A stretch of DNA of 64,000 nucleotides from a virus. Lineage: Duplodnaviria > Caudoviricetes. The notes beneath the pieces are model-generated. The model was not told where the DNA came from and did not search any database. It saw nothing but the letters and a program-made list of their open reading frames with translations. The stretch lies in the IMG/VR virus record IMGVR_UViG_3300035517_000076, positions 61,353 through 125,352 of that record. The stretch is one strand, 5' to 3'. Below are positions 56,201 through 64,000 of the stretch, piece after piece. The number at the start of each line of letters is the position of its first letter. Positions within the stretch are counted from its first letter, which is position 1. The position numbers and the translations under genes were made by a program.

Positions 56201-57903
56201 TACATCTAACGTAGTTTCTCAGCTTCTCTTTCTTTCTCTTGAGCCTCTGCAAGAACTTTAAGTTCTGCTTCAAGACCTCTTCTAGCAATATTATCTTCAG
56301 GACGTTCATCTACTCCATTGTTATGTTCAGCTGCTTTAGCTGCCTCAGCAAATGTTTTTCCTGCATATTTTTTAATTACTTTCTCATCATAAGAAAGTTC
56401 TTCTCCCTTCTTTAGTTTCTTAACATCAGGAACAGTAAGACGAGCAGAGAAAACGTAGTCATTATAAATAACTTCATTCTCTTCAACAAGATTAGGAGTA
56501 CCTTCACTATCAGCACCCATAGGAACACCTTCCTAAGGATTCTCTTCATGAGTACCTCCTGCACCAACCTTAGTTAGACCTCCTTCCCAGTCTGCTCCAT
56601 TAGTATGATTTCCGCCAAGGATTCCTCCTTCAGCATATCTATTATTAAACATAGTATTTAAATTATTATCAGTTAATGTGCCACCATAAGCAGCAAAGTT
56701 AGATTGTAAATTAGCATTAGTATTAGCTTGTACTCCAGCAGCAGAATTAGTTAAGTCCCTCCAATTAAAACTATTTGTCTAGTCAATTAGTTCATTAATT
56801 CTTCTTGCTTCTTTTCTTGCTTTTCTTCTGCCAACAATAGTACCCCAGAGAGAAGAACCAGTACCGATTACTCCTCCTATAATTGCTCCTGCTGCACCTC
56901 CTGCTTTAAATCCGGAAGTAGCTCCTTCATTACCTGCTTGAAGACCATTCATTACATCTCCGAAAACAGTTTTATTACGAACATCTCTAGAACCAATATG
57001 ATTCATAGTTCTATAGTTCTTGAAGGCATTCATTACATCATCATTAGAAGAAGTAGCTGATGTTCCTATATGAGTACCACTATTAATAATGCCTGCTTTA
57101 GTTTCAGACATATCATTAATCTTAGCCTACTAAATACCATTCATTACAAGAGCACCTGCTGTTCCGAGAATATCACCACCAGCATCTACTTTTTCCTAAG
57201 TAGATGAACCGCCCAATTTAGTAAAAGCTCCATCAGAGTTCCATGCGTTAGGTTCACTACCAAAGGCTAAGAGATTTCCACCATTAGCGTAGAGACCGAT
57301 TTTCTTTTCTACAGGTTGTCTTTTATCTGTATGAATATCATCAATGGCTTTTCCAAACTAAACTAAAGAATCTACAGAATCTGAAACAGTATCAAATATT
57401 TTATTTCCTGTTCCACCATTTTTACTTCTAGCCTAATGAGCAATAGAAAGATAATCAACTTTGCCTTTACTTAAATCTCTTGCTTGATTATAAGCAGCCA
57501 ATCCTGTGCTAATCTTTCCCATAGTTTTATTGGATATATCAAGATTTGATTTAGGCTATCCTTCGTCTTTTTCTGTGTCTTTATTTTCAGTATTAATTCT
57601 TGGCTACTAAGACTAAGTAAACTTACTGTTATTCCAATTATATCCATTTAACATACTAGCAAGTGTTCCTGAAAGATCATAAGAAGGAGCTTTAGTTCTT
57701 GTATTAGTAGTAGGAGTTGAAGTAGAGGAAGAATCAGAAGAACGAGTAGAGTACATTCCATCTGGTCTAGACCCTATTCCATAGTAATAATTAGTCCAAG
57801 TATTTAAAGAATTTGGAGAGTTAGTATGAAACTAACTAGTGTAATCTCCTAATAGAGATCCAGCATTCCAAAGTAATCTTCTTCTATTTTTTAATATGCT
57901 CAT
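53206..57903 (-). CDS. Gln-rich virion cargo protein, 1565 aa (TAG read as Gln)
   Basis: Read through with no TAA/TGA from MSILKNRRR (57903) to KYGF-TGA. Contains GGTHEENP.EGVPMG...PNLVEE...DYVFS, poly-Q tracts and a Gly-rich hydrophobic segment. An internal ATG at 56652 may also be used. Confidence 0.8.
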
Positions 57904-57932
57904 AATAGAAAATATTTTATTGTTTAATGTTG

Positions 57933-57963
57933 CAAATATACTATGCTTTTTTATAGGCACAAA
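57933..57963 (-). promoter_or_regulatory. Bacteroidetes primary-sigma promoter (-33 TTTG / -7 TATATTTG)
   Basis: On the minus strand: TTTG (57963-57960), 19-nt spacer, TATATTTG (57940-57933), upstream of ATG 57903. Confidence 0.7.
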
Positions 57964-57971
57964 CTATTTAA

Positions 57972-58020
57972 ATAAAAAACAATCCTCATATAAACAGAAT
58001 TGCTTATACAAGGATTGTTT
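57972..58020 (-). terminator. Rho-independent terminator
   Basis: Minus strand AAACAATCCTTGTATAAGCA...TGTTTATATGAGGATTGTTT followed by TTTATT. Confidence 0.7.
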
Positions 58021-58059
58021 GAATTTAAAAATTATACCAATCAGTAAAAATAGTCTACA

Positions 58060-61000
58060 TTAAATTATAAATGCAGATTCAATTGAATGAAGATTAACCA
58101 TATCAGTATTCTCAGTGTTTGTTCCCAATTTAATGTTACACCAAGTATTTCTAATTCTGTCCAACTTGTGTACTCTGTCTCTTGGAATCTAAACATTCCA
58201 TACTCTGAATTTCTTCTTTAGATTTGATGGTTTACATATACTGGTTTCCAGACTTACTTCACCGGTATTTTGATACTCGTTAGTAACCTAAATAAAATCA
58301 AATGGTTTACTACTAGATAAATCATTAATATCCCCTTCTTTCCATCTATCTGCATATATAGAAAGGTTTGTAAAAGTCTTATCTACTAAAGTTAAATCCT
58401 CTTTTCCTACTTTTCCATTCTCTTTAAATGTAATGTCGAAGGGTTTAAATGCACCAAAGAACATATTAAACTTTCCAGCAAACATTTGGTAGAGTGTCTT
58501 TTCTTTAATACAGTAAAAATTCTTACCAATATTAAACATGGAGGGAAGAGAACCATAGGACATAAATGAAGTAAACTCATTTAGTTTTTCTGAAAATACC
58601 AGACTTTCTTCCTAAGCAGTAATATAAACATCATTATACTAAGAATCATAAAATACCTTAGTAGAATAACTATTTGGTTTCCATTCTGTGTTGTCTTGGT
58701 TCTTAAACCACATAGACATATTTTTACCAAAGGAAACATTCTAAGGCTAGGCATTCTAAGCAGAGAGAAGGTAGAGGTCATTACTAGTGGTATCTACAAA
58801 ATAAAGACCATTAGAAGTAGCACATATAGAACTTGGATTGATACTTCCTAATGATGTACTAATGTATTTAACACCATCAACTTTATAGTTGTTAGTAATC
58901 TAAATAGGTACTCCATCAGATGAATTTACTTGTACTCTGGAGTTAAATAGAATATTACTTACTCCCTTCTCTTGGAAACAATACAGTTCATTCTAAAAAG
59001 AATTAATACTGGTAAGCTATCCATAAGAACCATCTATATCATAAGTAGATGCTAGTGTTACTTGTGTCCATGGATCTACTGTAGAAGCAGCTGCTTTTTC
59101 TGTACTCCATGTAAACTCATTAGGAAAAGTAACAAGCTTGTAATAATCTTCATCAAGGATTCTGTAACTATAGTAGTTATTTTTCTAAGTATATACTCTG
59201 TTGATTAGATTAAAATTAGTTGGAGTCATGTAAAGGTTATTAACCTATGCTCTATTTCTATCATATCTACCATCAAGATTAACTCTAGTTTCACAGGGGA
59301 ATGATGCTATTTCAACTACTTGATTTTGATCTTCTGATGTAAATGGATAAGTTTTTAAACAATCATATCTTTGATACCAAGTATCTCCGTATATAAAGTT
59401 TAATTCAAAATCCTAAAGTGTTTCGTCTTTTTTAATAGCTCTTGGTTCTCCTGCTACTAACCACTGATTTGCCTTTAAAGCATCATCAGTCTATCCTCCA
59501 AACATAGTATTCTTTAAAGTTTCTATATCTGTATCTCTATAGATTTCTATGAGTGGGAGAGAATTGAGATTATTACTTAAAATTAAATTAACATTACCTA
59601 TCCAAGCTGTGGGAAGTTTACTACTACTTCCTCCAATATTAAGAACTATATGAGGAGTAGATTTATACTTAATATTTACAGGCTGTTTTTTAACTGCTAA
59701 GTCTATATAATTATCTGCAACATTTCCATCTCCTGCTTCTTTCCATCCATAACCTGGAATCCACAGAGAGATGTTAGACTTATCTTTATTAACTACTCCT
59801 GTTCCACTTTCCCACACATCTAATTGATACCAGTTATTGCTTAAAATAGAGGTTTTACTATTATAGATTGTATTAAACTTTCCACCAGTAAGAGCATTGT
59901 CAGCACAAAAATATTTACAACAATATCCCTAAGGAATAAGTATTTCATTTATATTTCCATAATAGCAATCTGTACCAAATTTTAATAAAGTGACTTCATC
60001 ACTACTAAAAAGCTAGGGAGAATAAGAAGCTGATACAGGCAAAGAACTACTATCAAAAGTTGTTTTACAGTAATGTAAATTTGAAATAATTTTCTTGGAT
60101 AGTACAGCTGTCTAAGTACCCATATCTGAAGGTCTCTAAAAATCATTATTTAAAGAGCCTTGAGTATTCCATAAGTACACTAACCACTTCACCGCTCCCT
60201 TACACTTGGAATATTGATAAATTGAAGAAGAGTTATCATCTGCAATAACATCATCATAAAATAATCCTGAACATAATGTTTCACCATTAGTAAATATAAA
60301 TGACTAATTTACAAATCCAAGTCCTGCACTGCCAAGAGTAGCGGAGGAGGTAGTAATACTAATATCACTAAAAGTCTTAGTACACTCTACTCTACCCACA
60401 ACTCTTGCTTTTAGTCCAGTTAAATCTAATGAATTTATAGAAGTATCAAATTCTATATCAGGAGAATTTAATGTAAGGACATCCCAATCTACATAATATT
60501 TATCTTCATCAGCAAAGTTTCCTTCGATCTCTATAGCTCTACCAAAGTTATCTGAAGAGTGATTGAAATATTTACTACTATCTCCTGTATCACTAAGATC
60601 AGTATTTAATTGTAAATAACTTAAAGCTTCATCATTCTTATACTAAAGATAAGATCCTCCTGTAATCTAAGTTTTCTTTACATAATCTTCATAATCAGGA
60701 TCTTGTACATAGTATTCTTGACCAGGGTTAGAATTACTAAATCTAAAACTCCAAGAAGCTTGAGCATAGATATCTTTAGTATCATTTCTATGCTTCTTAG
60801 TATAAAGAGTAGGATTAGCAATTCCCTGACAGATAACTATTCTATCACTAAGGTCTGGATATACAACTAGTGGTCTATATTTTACATAGCCCTTTTCTGA
60901 CAATGTTTTTAATGGAGTAGTATCGGAATTAGTGCAGTGAAAACTAGGTGTCTATATAGTTACAGTATTTCCACTTTCCACTATTTCCGGCTTGGCTTCC

Positions 61001-62208
61001 TGTTTAAAATCTCCTAACCAAATCGGTTCTGACCACTTTCCGTTTTTGTACTAAAACTATACTCCAAGTCTATACCAATCATTCCATTTAAATCCAGCAC
61101 TCTAAGCAATGTTTAGAGTATTATAATATATATAATCTCCAGTAATCTAAGGAGTATCACTAACAACATTAATAACACTTGACTCTACACTACTCTTACC
61201 ATAAGATTCTTTTATTAAAGTTTTAGTAGCTTTGTCAATTTGTTGTCTATTGATTTTAATATTTCCTAAGAATAATGTTCCATCTTTCTAACAAAGTGTC
61301 TTGGCAAATATTTCTTCTCCTCCTATATACAGTAGAGTAGTTGCATCTATAGTATCACCATTAACACCAGTGTCAGTGTAGTAGACAGTGGTGGTGGAAG
61401 AACTAATAGGAATGTCCTATAGTCTTTTTACTTCTGGATCACCATTTAAACTAGTTCTATAAATACTATAAATACGAATGTAATCAAATCTAGTATCTAT
61501 ATTATCTATTTTAATCTTAAAAGAATTGGCCACTACATCTTCTGGACTTGCTCCTCTGTCTTTATAAGAAATGTACTGAAGAGGGGTAGTATAGAATACA
61601 TTTGATTCCTAGCCATAGAGATTATAATAAGTGAATGAATACTAAATAACTCCAGGGCTAAACTATCCTGAAGTACCAATCATTTTAGTTATGTTTACTT
61701 CTTCTTGTAGTTTAAGATCTTGAACAAAATCAAACGAAGAATCTGTAAATGTTTTATCACTAACTATGTTGATTACTCTAGGCTAATTATAGTTATCAGT
61801 CCAATAAATCTTTTGAATAATTTCACTTTCATAAGAACCTAAGGTATAGATAGGATAACTTACATTGAAGTTTAGATTACCATTATAAAGTTGCTTTAGT
61901 TCTTTAATATTTAAATCAATTCTATATATGTAATCTGGATTAGTATTATTGTGAGTATCTTTAGTAAATATAACTAAATACTAATTTAATGTACAATATC
62001 CTAATATTAAACCAACAAATGTAATAGTTTTGTTTTCTTTATCCTTAACTTCTTCCGGCCCTCTCTCGTTCGTTACTGTGAGAAGAGTTTCATTTTCTCT
62101 TGCAGTAAGTCTAATATTATGAGCATTAGATAGATACCCGCTTTCTTGTAAAGAAATTGAAATATCCTACTAAAGTCCCATAAATACATGGGTAGAATTT
62201 TTAATCAT
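58060..62208 (-). CDS. tail stabilization / muzzle protein (P22 gp10-like), 1382 aa (TAG read as Gln)
   Basis: N-terminal MGL**DIS...AHNIRLTAR..TLLTVTNERG, IYWTD, C-terminal NLKKKFRVW..IPR...DRIRNTW. Fragments 58288, 59491 and 60667 are in one frame. Confidence 0.75.
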
Positions 62209-62927
62209 CGTTCTTGATTTTTAATGTATTCTCTATTTCCTAACTATCTCCATCCATTATCAAAATCTGTAGTTCTTTGAAGGAGAGTGCACCAAGAGTT
62301 CTTTAAAGATTCCATTTCAGACTCTGATGGGATTAAGAATGCTGACTATAACTATCCTGCTTTCCAACTATACTCACTTTGTGTATTTGCAAGAACCTAA
62401 GGAGTAATTTTACCACAGTCAAAAAGAATAGTAAACATTTCTTTCTTGACATAGAGTTCTAATGTTTTTAAGTATAATGCATCATCAATAAGAAGAGGAA
62501 ATCCTTCTTCATCAACAGGAATAGCTTTATATGAAATTACAATATCTCCATGTTCAAAAGAAGTAAAGATTATTGTATTCTAAGTTTTAAAAGTCATTTC
62601 CTCAGCAAATCTTAATCCACCTGATCCATAGCGAACATCTTGTTTATGATTAGGATTAAATGTATCAGTCATACTCCTTAAACATATTCCCGACTTTAAA
62701 TCTTTAACTTGATTTATAGAAATTAAATCACATGGAAGTTTTCCTCTAAAGTTTTTAATTTCTACAACTACTTCTTTATCTTCAAATATCTAAGGAATAC
62801 CAAAGATAGTGATAAAGTCAATTACGTGTTGTACTACAGATTCTAACGTACATCCCTAAAGAAGAGGATGTCTTAAAATTCTATCCAGTAATACTTGTAG
62901 TCTAATGTATTGTTTATTTCTTATCAT
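62205..62927 (-). CDS. tail ring / tubular protein, 240 aa (TAG read as Gln)
   Basis: Absent from the ORF track. MIRNKQYIRL..LDRILRHPLL...RGKLPCDL...ISYKAIPVDEEGFPLL; overlaps both neighbours. Confidence 0.75.
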
Positions 62928-63480
62928 ATTTCCTAAGTAAAAAAGCATCAACGTGTCCTGCTTGAATTTGTCTTTTTAATGACTTTCTAACAGAACGATT
63001 AGTTTGAAATTCATAAAATGTTTTATTTGTATATAAAGCATTTTGTCTATTGTAAAATACTCTAAAGATCTCATCACTTTCTATTCTAATTAATGTTCTA
63101 TTAGTATAAGAAGATGGATCTTCACACCATAGCTTTAATGTAGCATTCCAGTCAATAGGAAGATTAGTATGTAGTTTACCATTAACTATAGATAATCTCT
63201 TAGGATCTTTTCTTAGTTCTAAAGATCCCATACTTAATGGTAAGTCTATAGCTTTTCCTTGACTTAAATTTAAAGCAAGATAATCATTTACTTTTCTAAT
63301 AATTGTATAAAACTCATGCTCAGTTAAACGTCTTCCAATATCAAACCATTTATTCTTTCTAATATATTTATAGGCATCATATACACCATAAGAATTTTTA
63401 ACTTTATGATTTCTACTACTGTGGACACCCATAATATCATCAGTAAATTTTTTATAATCTTCTTCAGTATAAGTATTCAT
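62914..63480 (-). CDS. IHF/HU-like domain protein of the crAss structural module
   Basis: 188 aa, LPLSMGSLELRK, PIDW..T..LW. Confidence 0.6.
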   Translation of the reverse strand: MNTYTEEDYKKFTDDIMGVHSSRNHKVKNSYGVYDAYKYIRKNKWFDIGRRLTEHEFYTIIRKVNDYLALNLSQGKAIDLPLSMGSLELRKDPKRLSIVNGKLHTNLPIDWNATLKLWCEDPSSYTNRTLIRIESDEIFRVFYNRQNALYTNKTFYEFQTNRSVRKSLKRQIQAGHVDAFLLRKYDKK

Positions 63481-63481
63481 A

Positions 63482-64000
63482 TTAAGAAAGTTCTTTACTT
63501 AATTTTGATTTAGCATTCAATTTAATATATGTAGCCAAGTCTGATAAATCATCAGAAGCATTATTAGTATCATCAGCAGGAGCATGGGTAACAGGAGATA
63601 ATTCTGCAACTATATACTTAATTACTTGTCCTACTAATTCATCTTCAAGAGGAAATGTTTTATCAAGAATATCACAGGATTCTTCAGTATTAGATTCTTC
63701 TTCTCCACACACATCATCACTGCACTCTAACTCTGCCGCTGTTTGATCATCTTCAAATACTCCGGTTAGTTTTGCTGATTCAAGGTAAATAAACTAAGGA
63801 TTAAAGGACTTTAAATACAAATGCTTATTATGAATAGAAGCATAAATAATATTTTGTAAATACTTATTAAATCCAACATATCGCATTCTATCTTTACTAA
63901 TTAAAGTAATTTCTCCTTTATAATAATCCTAAGCATAAACTCTTGTAGAACCTATACTCATTAGTGTAGGAATTTCTTCTTCAGATCTTAAATAAACTTC
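63482..64000 (-). CDS. tail ring protein, partial (5' end beyond the window; TAG read as Gln)
   Basis: Frame continues to the window edge: RMRYVG.NKYL..IIYAS...LYLKSFNP*FIYLE..KLTGVFED...CDILDKTFPLE. Confidence 0.7.

Noticed and set aside
55150-56210. CRISPR array or DNA tandem repeat
   Set aside because: Repetition is at codon level (CTA/TTG/CTG on the plus strand); no constant repeat with unique spacers
56652-56700. Gene boundary at ATG 56652
   Set aside because: No TAA/TGA in frame between 57903 and 53206; treated as one ORF, though an internal start is not excluded
35716-64000. Pseudogene field or low-quality assembly
   Set aside because: Breaks are TAG in a constant frame with no frameshifts seen; suppression gives full-length, tightly packed genes

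Overview
AT-rich 64 kb segment of a crAss-like (Crassvirales-type, Bacteroidetes-infecting) phage genome. Left arm (1-25.8 kb, + strand, standard code): replication genes (SF2 helicase, DnaB-like helicase, AAA/Sak4-like ATPase, SSB, primase, PolA, nucleases) and nucleotide-metabolism genes (NrdD split by an 830-nt group I intron with an HNH homing endonuclease, NrdG, dUTPase, ThyX, thioredoxin, RNA ligase). Embedded among them is a compact cluster that looks like a complete phage-encoded ubiquitin-like conjugation system (Ubl precursor, E2-like, JAB/JAMM, E1/ThiF; 7.0-11.6 kb). Centre: a 3214-aa virion RNA polymerase catalytic subunit (DFDID) with no in-frame TAG. From 35716 onward TAG is read as a sense codon (very probably Gln). 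The fragmented ORF track then resolves into intact genes of 1996 aa (+) and 3436, 367, 1565, 1382 and 240 aa (-), encoding virion cargo/ejection and tail proteins. The two arms converge on a terminator at about 41.74 kb. No tRNA, CRISPR array or integrase was recognised. All family assignments come from motifs read by eye, not from database searches.
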